The notes under the pieces were generated by a model that was not told the origin of the DNA, did not search any database, and saw nothing but the letters and a program-made list of their open reading frames with translations. The translations under genes were made by a program, and so were the position numbers. Positions 9,472 to 20,000 of a DNA stretch of 20,000 nucleotides are shown one piece after another. Every line of letters begins with the position of its first letter. The first letter of the stretch is position 1. This DNA comes from Lama guanicoe (taxonomy: Eukaryota). The stretch lies in contig MU054033.1 of the NCBI GenBank assembly GCA_013239625.1, positions 617,503 to 637,502 on the forward strand, read 5' to 3'.

Positions 9472-12400
9472 TTACTTTTACCACTAAGATTTGTACTTTC
9501 GTATGTTTTCCTGCTACTAAGTAGTGCCAGTTTGTTTCAGCTGAAAGAAGTTCCTTTAACCTTTTTCGTACAACCAGTCTAGTTGTGATCAACGCCTTTA
9601 CCTCGTCTGGAGAACTCCATCTGCCCTTCAGTTCTGCAGGGCAGCCTGGCCGGGTGTAATAGTCCTGACTGGAAGCGTTTGGAATGTGTCGGGTTCCTCG
9701 CTCTGGCCTGCAAGGTTTCTGCTACACAGTCGGCTCACGGTGTTACGGGGGTTCCTTGGATGTAACAAGTCGTTTCCCTTTTGCTGCTTTTGAGAGTCTC
9801 TCCTCGTCTTTAACTTTCGGCACGTTAACTGTAATATGTCTTAGAGCGAGTCTGGGTTTGTATGTTTTAGAACTCTCTGGGCTTGCAGGGCGGGGATGTT
9901 TTTAGTCATTGTTTTGTCAAATAAGAGTTCTGCCCCGTTTCCACTGTCTTCTCCTGCGGGGACCCTGTAACGTGAGCGTCGACACGCTCACTGCTGCCCC
10001 GCAAGTCTCTCAGGGTTTCTTGACTCCTTTCCATTTGCTGCTGTTGTTGCTGCTTTGCTGGGTAAGTTGCACCACCCCGCCGTTGAATTCAGTGCTCCTT
10101 TTTCCTGCTTCGTCCAGCCTGTTGTTGAATCCCTCTGGTGCACTTTCCAGTTCAGTTACTGTGTTCAGCTTTGTCACTTCTGTTTGGACGTCTTAAATTT
10201 TCTCTTTGTGGGAATTCCTCTTCGTTCACGCATTCTTTTCCTGTCCTCAGCATTTTTGCGACTGTTATTTTGAGCTCTTTTTCAGGCAAGTCACTTGTCT
10301 CTGTTTTGTTAAGGTCTTTTTTCCTGAGGTTTTATCTTGTCTTTTTGTGTGGATTTTTTTTTTTAATGTTTCTCACTTTCCTTGACTCTCTGTGTTAGTC
10401 TTTATGCATTAGACAAAACAGCCTCTTCTTCCAGTCCGGGAGATGAACCTTACTGTTCAGCCCTGCCCTGGCTGTTTGTTGTCTCTCAAACCCTTGGTCT
10501 GTCCAAGCACCTGCTCTGTTCTTAGTGGGTCCCGGTGGCTGAGGCAGGGCCAGGACCTGTCGCGTCTCAGCGGGGAGGAGCTCGGCCAGCATCTGGAGTC
10601 AGGCTGATTGGAAGCCAGACCCTCAGGCAGCAGCTGTAAGATGTGGAAACGTGCTGCTTCCAGGGGAAGACTGGGAGATGGGTATTTCTTGCCTTTGGGT
10701 GCTAGCCAGTTAGGAATTCATTCTTTCTTTGCTGTTGTCCTTTTGAACCATTAACACAAGGCCAGCTGGTCCACAGATCCAGGCAGTCAAGGGATGCGTC
10801 CGCCAGGCGGCAGCTACAAAAGCTGGGGCGACAGGTGTGTGTACAGGTCCTTTCTCAGAGACAACAGAGACCTGGAGCAGGGCAGATGGAGAGTGGGAAG
10901 ACGGTACCTGCCAGCCTCCGAGTGTCTGGAGAGGACCGTAGTAGGCCCCTTGATGTGTGTTTAATTAGAAGCTGGCCCTCCCTCCGCAGCCATGAAGACA
11001 AGCTAATTGGCCGCTTTCACAGAGGTATTAGACCTTCCACTCGGCTGCGTCTCCGCTGTGCCCTGGGGTGGAGAGCTGGTCAAGGACTCTTTCTCTGTTT
11101 GTTACAGTCTGTGGGGCCAGTGGATATAAGCTTAGTGGCCTTCAGAGCCTGGTGATCAGGGGTTATCTTCTTGGCAGAGTCTGCAAAAACCAGGGCGCCA
11201 GATGTGAGCACAGGCTCATTCCTGGGGGGTCCTGGTGGCCGGGAGCGAGGCAGAGGCAGAGGCAGAGGTGGCACCCCTGGTCTCGGTGGTCTTGGGGTGG
11301 TGTTGCCTCCGGATGTGCAGTGAGTTAGGCACGTGTTCCTGGGACTGAAACTTTAAGCTAAGCAAATAGGCCGCTTCCACAGAGACCGGGCGCTTCTCAG
11401 CCAGCTGCCTGGGCGCTGCTTTGCACGGGTGGTCAGGCGGGCCTGTGCCAGCCCAGGGCGCCTTCGCAGTGCGCTGTGCCCGTTGCTGTTGCTGACACGA
11501 GCCTGCTTGCTTTCAAGCCAGGTATTTGGGGTTCCATCTCTCAGGTGCAGGGCTGAAAAGTTGGCGTGCCTGACGTGGGATTCAAACCCTTCGCTCCTCA
11601 GAGAGAAGCTGGGAGCTGTGGGAGTCCCCCCGAGGTGTGTGTCCCTGGTGTGGGTGGTTGGCGGCCACATTGCGCCTCGGGCTCTGCTACCTGCTTCCGT
11701 GTGGAGGAATCACTCAGGGAGTCTAGGGGTTCCTTCTAGAGGAAAGCGCTCCTTGTTCAGCTGTAGCTTTGATGTGTCTGTGGGACGACGTGAGTCCAGG
11801 ATGCTCCTGTGTTGTTACCTTGAGCAAGGACTCACTTGCATTATTTTTGTCAAATGACCAAAAACTTAATCAGAGAAGTTCTGTGCACCCAGACTGACAA
11901 TTGCTATTTTTTTTCATTCACTGAAATGTCACCAAACTATGTCTAGTTACCCACAAAGGTGACATCCAACTTACGGGTACCAATCGTAAAAGGCGTTTGG
12001 CGTGGGCATGTGAAAGGACCACCTTTCCTTTGAAGCAGATTCACCAGTGTTACTAGTTACTTGTTTCTCGGAAATGTGCACCCCTGTGGTGATTGTGGCT
12101 GAGCTGAAAAAGTCCTGTTAACTTTCAGATTTCTAGTCTTTGCATGTAGAATTGGCTGCCATTAAGTAAGCTTGTTGCTGCGCACAGAATGACACTGCTA
12201 AGCCAGGATGTGCTTTTACAGTCACGTGTCTCCCCTTTCGCTTTTATTTTTTCACTTTCTCGTGGCACTTGGTGAACATCCTTTATGACCCTCTTGATCA
12301 CTAGGCATGGCGACCAGTGGTGGCAGCCCTGAGGCTGATCCTGTTGCGTGTGTGTCGCCAGTTTTGTTTTTGTCCCGCATTTGTTCTCCTTGTCCTCTAC

Positions 12401-13472
12401 TGTCTGCTGTCTCTTTCCTGATATCTCACCGTTAGAAAGTCGCCTGCTCCTTCCTTCCACCAGGCCGCCTCCAGTGGGGAGATTTTGAACACCCCATCCC
12501 CAGAGCCCAGGTCCCTTCGAGGAAGTCTTCTGTAACCTCAGTTAATCAGAAAGTAACGGCGTTACTTTAAAATTTAACTCCTAGAGCATTCGAACACCAA
12601 AGTAATATTGCTATTTATTTTAAAAAAGGGAAATCATAAAATCACTAATACTGTATGACTAGAAGTAAAAATAATCATGGGAGGCGGTTGGGCCAGTTTC
12701 AGAATTGAATTAATCTTTTAGCAGTTGACAGATTTCTTAAAAGCAGTTTCTTAATTTTGATTAAAGCAAGAGGGAAATATTTGTCCCAGTAAGTAATTAT
12801 AGTTAATGGTTTGATGCCTGTCATTTCAGATTTTAAAGTGCATCTACCAGTATATTAATACAGACCTTTATAGATTTTTTTCCCTAAAAATATGAACATA
12901 TTATACATTCTGTTCTGTGAGTTGGTATTTTTGATTTAATGGTCTATTTTAGATATCTCACCTTTCTGTCTCACATATAACTCCACTGTAGGAAAACTTG
13001 TGGTGTTTCACCAAGAAGCATTCTCCTGGCCTCTACTCTGAGAGTCACATCCATAATCACATGACGGAAGTATCTTGACATATTGATAGTGTCGCATTTC
13101 TTGATACCTGAATTATTTAGATAGGTTTTCTATTGAAAGAGTCTAGTTTTCTTGGAACAGACTGTTCTCATCATGGTGTACTGCTGTTCCGGGCTTAATG
13201 GGACTTCTGGATTCTGTATGCCTATACTGGAATGGTATTTTTTGCATCCATTTTTATAGAAGAGATTAGTTTGAAGATTTGTTTCATTTGTTACCTGGTG
13301 AGATTTTGGTAGCAGTTACATGTTAGCATCTTGAAAATGATTTGGAAGCTTTATTAACTGTCTGCTTTCTAGGATATTTGAAACAATACTGGGATTAAAT
13401 AACACTTGTGAAATTTTGTATTAATTTTACTTTTGTGTCCTAATATATTTTGACGTTTAAAGTACTCTTTTT

Positions 13473-13660
13473 AAAAAAAAATTTTTTTTATTGAGTTGTG
13501 ATCGGTTTACAATGCTGTGTGAATTTCTGGTGTACAGCACAGTTTTTCAGTCATACATGAATAGACATGTATTCATTTTCATATTCTTTTTCCCCATAAG
13601 CTACCACAAGATCAGAATAGGTACACAACTTTACATGGTAGAGCACAGAGAAATATAGAA
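13473..13660 (-). mobile_element. Short L1 3'-end insertion (camelid-like 3' UTR) with an inverted 5' segment
   Basis: TTTTTTTTATTGAGTTGTGATCGGTTTACAATG...TCTGGTGTACAGCA...CCACAAGAT is homologous to the L1 3' UTR at 5645-5751 in this window. 13613-13660 resembles the next part of the UTR in the opposite orientation. Confidence 0.8.
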
Positions 13661-14528
13661 TACCCTATTTATAACTGACTATTCTTGGGTCATATCCCAC
13701 CCAGATTTTCAGATGTAGACGTGTTTCCAGACACAGACTTGTATATCATGTTTTATGAAATGCTTTGTTTCCTTCCACAGTTGGTTCTTTCCCCTTATTA
13801 GTTCTTAGTTCCTATTTTTGTTTTCCTTCTCTCCTAATTTGCTTTTCCACAGAACCGCTTCTTAGGTTTATGGGTTTGTTTTTTTTTTTCCCTTTTACTT
13901 TTCTCCTCTTTTCTAACTTACGGCTTCCTGCCTTTTTTCTACGTTTTCCTGCCATTTATTCTACGTTTTCTTTGCCTCGCTGCTTTTAAACATTCAAATG
14001 TCTAGTTGGTTCGTCTTCATTATTACTGGTGAAGGAGTTTGTATTTTAAATGAGCTAATCTTAGCTGCTTAGCATTTATTTTCATACAGGGTTTATATTG
14101 TTTTCTAGATTTGCATTTTGTTCTCACTGAATTGTAACCTAAGAGCAGGGTTTGTGTGTCTGTGTGTTTGCTTGTTGTTTTGTTGTGTTTTAGTTTCCAA
14201 GTTATTTTTAGGGTTTTCTAATTAATAATTTCTAGTTTCATTATTTTCGTATAATTTCCGTAGCACTGCTTTTAGGAAATGATAGCAGTTTCATTGTGTA
14301 TAACAATTGCATTGGCCAGACTTGTAAATGTTTTCCATGGCCTTTGAAAAGGAAGTATCCTGTTTGTTTGTAAGGTTTTAGACATAGTTTTACATAATGT
14401 AATTTATTAATTATATTGTTTTCTAGTTTTTGTGTATTTGATCAGTCAGACTGGAGAGAGGTATGTTCCAGTGTCCACTGCTATTGTGTTTCTGTCAGTT
14501 TCTTGTTTTTCTCTCCTATTTTCTTGTA

Positions 14529-14731
14529 TACTCGACCTTTGAACTACTCAGGAGTTCCGTGCCAACCCCCACGCAGCCGGAAGTCTGCTAATAACTCCGT
14601 ATCCAGAGTTCTCTATCCTCAGCTTCGACCAATCACAGACCAGGTAGAACTGTGGGACACATTTATTGAAGAAAAACCCTCGTGTAAGTGGACCCACATG
14701 GCTCCAGCCTGCGTTGTTCAAGGGCCAGCTG
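14529..14731. mobile_element. Tigger2-derived MITE (TcMar-Tigger DNA transposon)
   Basis: Degenerate terminal inverted repeats TACTCGACCTTTGAACTAC (14529-14547) and GTTGTTCAAGGGCCAGCTG (14713-14731), TA on the left and TG on the right. Internal TAAGTGGACCC motif as recalled for Tigger2 ends. Confidence 0.85.
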
Positions 14732-17180
14732 TGCGTGTATTTCAGTTCCGTGTCTTCTGGTGCCTCGGGGGGCCTGTGTCTTCACCGCGGTTCACACGGC
14801 TCCATCAGCGTGGCCCGCCCCCGTTTGCCCGTCGCGCGTTCTGCCTTCGCTTGGGTTGTGCCTGACTGTGGCACCGTGGGCCCCTGACCCATCTGCGCGA
14901 CCCTGCCTGTGGTGTGTTTCCCAGCCTTTTACTTTCTGCCTTGGAGTTGCTTTGTTTTAAGTGTGTGTCTTGTAGACGTCATACAGTTTGTAGTTGCACT
15001 ACAGTGAACTCTTCTAAGAGGCGACTGTGTCCTGTTTTTCACATTCTTCACTTCAGGAAGGAAACAGGTTTCACAGGCCCAGTGTCTCTCAGACTTGTTT
15101 CTTGCCCGGCTCTTCCTAAAGTGACCGCTCTTGACTACTGACGGTTTCTGTTGTGCCAGGTTTTGTTTCTATGGTGCTGTGCATAGGTGTGGTGTTGCTT
15201 TATATTTTTATGTCCATGTGATATAAAGCTACCTCAATAAAAATAGTTCTGTGTATTATTGCTTGCATGTTTCTTTGGGTGTGGCGCTGGCAAAGGCGGC
15301 CGGTTATCTTTATAGAGTTTCTCAAAAATAGTCTTTGGTCTGCTGGTGTGGTACGATTGCCTACATTAAGCAATTATTAGATGTTGAAAACAGTTTCTTA
15401 CTTAATTTTACTGGTTCTGAATTCTTTCCAAGTTTTGAAAGTATCGGTAGCATTACGAGAGCTAGCACTGACCGACGGGGGTACGTGAAGGACATTCCTG
15501 TTTGATACTGGCTCTGAGTATTCTTCTTGCCCTTGCATGGAAAGATTATTTAAACCCTTAAAAAAGCGTGGAGCTCTGCGTTAGGGAAGCTATTTTGGTA
15601 CCAGTCTCAAAGGACAGATTGCTGTTTCTTTCCCACCCTAATGAAACTAGGTCACTGGCTCTTGGCACATCTCCATGATGTGAGATTTATTTGATGTTCG
15701 AGTGCACTGTCTAGAAATAGTGATGCATTGTCAGCAAGGCCACTTTTCATCTCATGAGCATAATTTCCAGGGCCCTGGAATTAATTTATTTCTTGACCTG
15801 TTAATAGTTACCCTTGGTGAGGAGCATTTCAGAGGCAGAGGAAGCGTCTGGAAATGGTCATGGTCACCCTGTTAGATGATAAATTATGGGGTTTCTGTTC
15901 AGCTTGAAGGTTTGGCTTGTTAAAGTAGTTGATACCTTGTGAAAAGCAAAGAGCTGTTTATTAATCAAACTTTTACCTGATGCCATGGCAGGTTCGCTGG
16001 CTCAAGTGGTTGAGAATCCTCATCTAATATATGTATTTTTGAATTCTGTTTTACTGTGGCCATCTGTAAACACAGTTGGGAAGTTCCCTGTTCCATTCAC
16101 TAGCCAGCAGCAGGTGACCGGAAAATAGGGAGTAACCATCGGATTCCTCTAAAATGAATTATCTGCAAGTCCTAAAATAGCTGATAATTTAAAATGAGCA
16201 CTTTGAAATCAGTTATGAATCAGTTCAGTATTTCAGAAAGAGATTGAGAAAATAAATACACAAACTATTATAAAACCAGTAACGTCGCTGCATGTGGATC
16301 CTGGAGTGGGCTGAACCCTCGCTCCGTGGCCTTGGGAAAGGGACTTGCCACCCTGTGCCTTCGTCTCCTAACCCATTAAGTGTGATAGTAGGCGTGAGTG
16401 TTTTATAATGTAAAACATCGTGGGGATGAAGGGGTAAATGGACACGCGCTTTAAAAGTGTGCTGGTAGACGAGGAGTCTCAGCACGCGTGGGGTGCAGTT
16501 CCGCAGTGTCCGGCTTCACGGGTTTGTGTTGGTAAGTGTCCTTTTCCCCCTCGCTCCCCCCGCCCCTTCCTTACCTGATGCACTGTCACTGTTCTGTGTG
16601 GCTGGGGGTACCTGCTTCTGTTTAGTTCCGCCAGGAGGGCGTGTCGTGGGAATGGCGCCACCTGACCTGCTCGGGAGATGTATTCCAGCGGGATTGTCCA
16701 TAGAGCGTAACCGAACAGGAGCTTTTCCAGACTGTGGCACTAAAGCAAGGGTGCAGCCTGGCAGGGAAGTCTTGTGGGTTCGGAGTGTGTGCTGTGCCTC
16801 AGTTTCGTGTGTTTGTCTGTTTTCTGGACGCTTTTCTGCGTTATTTAAAGTCCACTTTCATCTTAGCATTGTTGTCGACTTATGTAGATTTATTTAATAT
16901 GAATTTAAGTTCTTTATTTTTCAGAGACAAATGATGTTGAGCTGCCAATCTGATATTTATTTCCTTCATTCTCCCTTCACTTTCATACACTCGACTTTGC
17001 AATGACAGAATTTTTGCTAAACTGTTTATTCGTAAGTTTGACAAGTGGGAATGCCGTGAAGGATAAGTGTCCTAAAGTCTGAGAGGATTTGGGTGTTTCT
17101 GTGTAACCCGTATTAAGATCACATCATCAGGTGCTGGAGTGAGACCTTGATAACTTCCCGTCCTCTTCCAGTTGGTAGTT

Positions 17181-17518
17181 TGTTAAGAGACAAGCTGAGG
17201 CGTATTCGGAATTTTAAGACTTCATTTGAGCAAAAATCGATCTGACTTGGGCCGCGCCAAGCCAGACGGGGCTAGGAGCACTCCGCCAACGGGAAGCTGG
17301 GGAGAGACTTTCACAGAGAGAAGATGGAAGCAAAGTCAGGGAACCATTGACCGGCTGTGGCTGATAGCCTAGTTGTTTGGTTGTGATCCGTTGCTCTCAG
17401 CGTTTTGATTTCGTAACTTTGAGGCATTTACAGGCTTAGATTTTGGTTTGCGTACGGAGGCCACCGAGGCGTTTAGAGCCACCTGGTCTGACGGCCTCCT
17501 TGTTTACTTGCTGTAACA
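17181..17518 (-). mobile_element. ERV1-class solo LTR, antisense to AUH, ~338 bp
   Basis: TGTTA...TAACA inverted termini. Body (AGCTGAGGCGTATT...TTTGAGCAAAAATCGAT...GAGGCATTTACAGGCTTAGATTTTGGTTTG...GGCCTCCTTGTTTA) matches a recalled laurasiatherian ERV1 LTR. PolyA and TATA positions appear mutated and the TSD is not preserved (AGTT/AGGC). Confidence 0.8.
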
Positions 17519-19237
17519 AGGCAGCTCTCTCTGCCGGTCCGGCCGTGCCCTCCGCCCTGCGCGCTTCCGGGGAGGGCACCCGGGATTGCTGTGCCTCGTG
17601 TGGCAGCAGCGTCTCTGGCCCAGAGCTTGTGAGATGCAGGCGCTCAGTATCTGTTCCTTGAATGAGATAAACTGGATTTCTCTGAATGTTTTACTTTCTA
17701 GGATTTTTAGGAGCGTTACCCAGAAATCATGCTTGTCTGTTCTTTGCACAAGTTTCTGCTGGTTAACCGTGTGTTTCGTACATTTGTTTTCTCCCTCTGT
17801 TGCTTTCTTTGTTGAAGTTTGTTTTTAACTAGGCACGTTTCAGTGCCTTTTGGGGATAAATTCTTCGGATTCCAGGGAGCACGTGAAACCTGCTTCCCGC
17901 CTCCGAATAGCAGGTCTTGAGAGGGGCTTCTTGCGCCCCATCCTTCGACCTAAGGAAACCGAACAAGACAGGAGAGGTTGTCTTGCTGGAGCTCCAGCAA
18001 ACCTGGCCAGCCCTTTCACACCTCCGAGAAGAGAGAAAAGAAAGTAGATTAAGATTCAGGAGTTTTTTGTGTGTTGTGGCTGCCCCAAGATTAAAGCTGC
18101 AGGGGGAAAAAACAGAAAAAAACCAGAGTGTCGGTCAGAGAGCTCAGACCCTTTTAAAGTGCAGACGGCTGACTTCGCAGGAGCCAGTGAGCGCTCCGTG
18201 TCTGAAGCAGCCAGCCCCGCCCAGTCCCTGCTATTTGGGTCACTGTGCGATTCATTTTGGCCGATGTTTGCTCCTGAACGTCCGCACATGCGTGCTGTTC
18301 TTGATGCTTTGAAAACCTTTCGGTTGAGTAATGGAGACGTAGAGGGTTTAAAATACTTCAGCTTGGTGCCTTTATTTTGTGCCATTTGAAGCGAGTGTAA
18401 CGTTTCCAGTGCCAACTGATACTGCAGAAATCCAAATTGCTGTGCAAATGCATGAGGTTTAGCATGTGCATTTTAGCCTGTTCTCACACACAGCGCTAAG
18501 GAGCAGCCCACCTCCCTGACGCTTCCCCATGCTGGTCATTGTCGCGGAAGCCTTTGTCATGCAGGTATCAGGAAGTACGTGCACTCCAGGGAAGAGCTTT
18601 CTCTTTGGTATTTGTACCAAATAAAGTTTGTTTACACCACTATTGTGATGTACCTGTTTTTTTTGACCCCTCCCAGCGCATCTGAACCCCTTTCTAAGTC
18701 TGTGGGTCCCTGCTGAATGGGTTTAAGTGGGTACTTGCTAGCAGAGATTTCTGCCCAGGATTTTGAGTTTAAAGCTGGACCATCAGAGGTAGGGACAGTG
18801 AAGGTTTGATGGGGACTTGGTCTGCGTCCTAGGGGGCTGGGTCCTTACTGGACGCAGCCTTCTCTGTGGGCTGAGGCTGCCGTCCTGGCTCATGGTGACT
18901 CTCGGTTCTGTCTGTTTAGTAAGCGTAGTTCTTTAGCATTTTTTGGTAATTCTTGGAGTCATCCAGAAAGCGTTCAGGAAACCTCTCTTGTGTGTAAATC
19001 AGCCAGAGTGGGTCTGCGCTGCCAGCGGCCAAGAAGCCTGACTGGCGCAGCTCGCCGTCCTTGTACCGTCTCCCGCCGCTTTCCCTCGGGAGCTGTAGTT
19101 GGTGGTCCAGTGCGGGTGCTGTGTACCCAGCATTTTGTTCTGCTTTTTCTTTACAGCATGTCCTATGCCTGGTATGTCTGACCTGCTGTTTCTAGTAGTT
19201 TTTTGTGTTTTTTTCTCGTTTATACGTCTGTGAGATG

Positions 19238-19560
19238 CATTCGTTTTTTGCCTAGTGTTTTACTGAGTGTTTATTATGTGCCACGCGCTTGTAGTGGCTG
19301 GAAAAATACAGCAGAAAATTAAACAGACCAAACCCTTTATGGAGTTTACATTTGAGGGGGCAGACTGATAAATAAATAAAATACGTAGTTACGTTAGATA
19401 GTGGTAAGTGTGGAGATGACAAAATTAAGCAAGGGAAGAGAGAAGGCGTGCTGAACCAGAAGCCCATTAGGACGGGGGGGGGGCAGTGGGGGAGAGGTGA
19501 TCTGGGAAGACATAACGAGATGTCCCGGGGCCTCCCCAGCAGGGGTGGCGAGCGTGCTGG
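19238..19560 (-). mobile_element. L2 LINE 3' fragment (L2a-like)
   Basis: TTTACTGAGTGTTTATTATGTGCCA...ATACAGCAG...AAACAGAC...TATGGAGTTTACATTTGAGGGGGCAGACTGATAAATAAATAAA matches the recalled antisense L2 3' end. Confidence 0.8.
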
Positions 19561-20000
19561 CACCCTCACTCCAGTTCTGCTGGAGCACGTTGGAGGCGCA
19601 GGAAGGAGCAAGGCTCACCCACAGCACTCACCGCTCCTGGACCACTTTGACTCTGGAGGTGTGCTGGTCGGTCCAGCACAGGGATGGCAGATGCAGACAG
19701 CAGGTGGGCAGAATTTTAAAAGAGCAGCCTGAGTTCACTTCAGCAAGTGTAGGTGTAATGAGATTAAATATAGATGTGTGTGTATATATAACATATATAT
19801 AATACATGTGCAATTTTTCATAGAATATAGTTTTAAAAGTGTATTCAGATATAAGAGTTAGCATTTTAAATACTCTAAAAATGTAGGCACCTGGTCTGTT
19901 AAGTCCAGCCCACGTGCTTGCATCCTAGTGTCTGGTTTGTTGTCCCACCATGTGAAGGATGTGTAGGAGCTCCAGGTTGCAGACCCACATGGCCCTTCCA

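Larger units (their letters stand above)
5287..11830 (-). mobile_element. Laurasiatherian L1 (L1MA9/L1M2-like) with 5' UTR, ORF1 and 3' end but apparently no ORF2; interrupted by a younger L1 and by both duplications
   Basis: 5' terminus motif antisense at ~11770-11825 (TTTGATGTGTCTGTGGGACGACGTGAGTCCAGGATGCTCC...ACCTTG). GC-rich 5' UTR ~10400-11830, ORF1 antisense ~9530-10390, inter-ORF region 5400-5636 and 8820-9530, and a 3' end at 5287-5398 (AACTGACATATATAAC...TGAAATGATCACCACAA). Confidence 0.7.
13230..15130 (-). mobile_element. Highly decayed old L1 (L1ME-like) ORF2 fragments hosting later insertions
   Basis: T-rich antisense L1-like motifs: ATTTTGGTAGCAGTTACATGTTAGCATCTTGAAAATGATTTGGAAG, TAATTTCTAGTTTCATT, CCATGGCCTTTGAAAAGGAAGTAT, TTTTAAGTGTGTGTCTTGTAGACGTCATACAGTT. 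Boundaries approximate. Confidence 0.6.
805..20000 (+). other. AUH: 5' part of the large AUH intron following this exon
   Basis: Donor GTATGA at 805. The next expected AUH peptide (GTQRLPRAIGMSLAKELIF) is not seen in the ORF track or by eye. The orthologous human intron is recalled to be tens of kb long. Confidence 0.85.

Noticed and set aside
15765..15780. Perfect 16-bp palindrome TTCCAGGGCCCTGGAA
   Set aside because: About 0.3 such palindromes are expected by chance in 20 kb (20000/4^8), so it is not significant alone.
19474..19497. G10 plus G5 run as a G-quadruplex
   Set aside because: Cannot supply four separate G3 tracts and lies inside a decayed L2.
14416..19864. Longer ORFs of 100-149 aa in the 3' part of the window
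   Set aside because: No recognisable domains, many overlap repeats or start at non-ATG codons, and GC-rich sequence lengthens chance ORFs.
1..20000. CRISPR array, operon, tRNA/rRNA/snoRNA gene or other novel multi-component system
   Set aside because: No repeat-spacer periodicity, gene cluster or structured RNA signature was seen. An Infernal/Rfam scan would be needed to exclude small ncRNAs formally.

Overview
Mammalian genomic DNA, not a prokaryotic or viral locus. The only supportable protein-coding sequence is one 57-nt internal exon of AUH (methylglutaconyl-CoA hydratase) at 748-804 on the + strand, which encodes the catalytic Glu209 equivalent. The remaining ~19 kb is the start of the large downstream intron, filled with decayed retroelements (several L1s, L2s, two solo LTRs) and a Tigger-type MITE. 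L1 3' ends and the absence of recognisable primate, ruminant, pig or carnivore SINEs suggest a camelid-like laurasiatherian (inference). The most distinctive structure is 4.4-11.8 kb: an L1 apparently lacking ORF2, interrupted by a younger L1, then altered by two adjacent tandem duplications of different age (~2.04 kb at ~99.5% and ~0.46 kb at ~93% identity, hand-counted). I found no evidence for a novel multi-gene system; most ORFs in the track are repeat-derived or chance. Repeat family names come from recalled consensus sequences and need RepeatMasker/Dfam confirmation.
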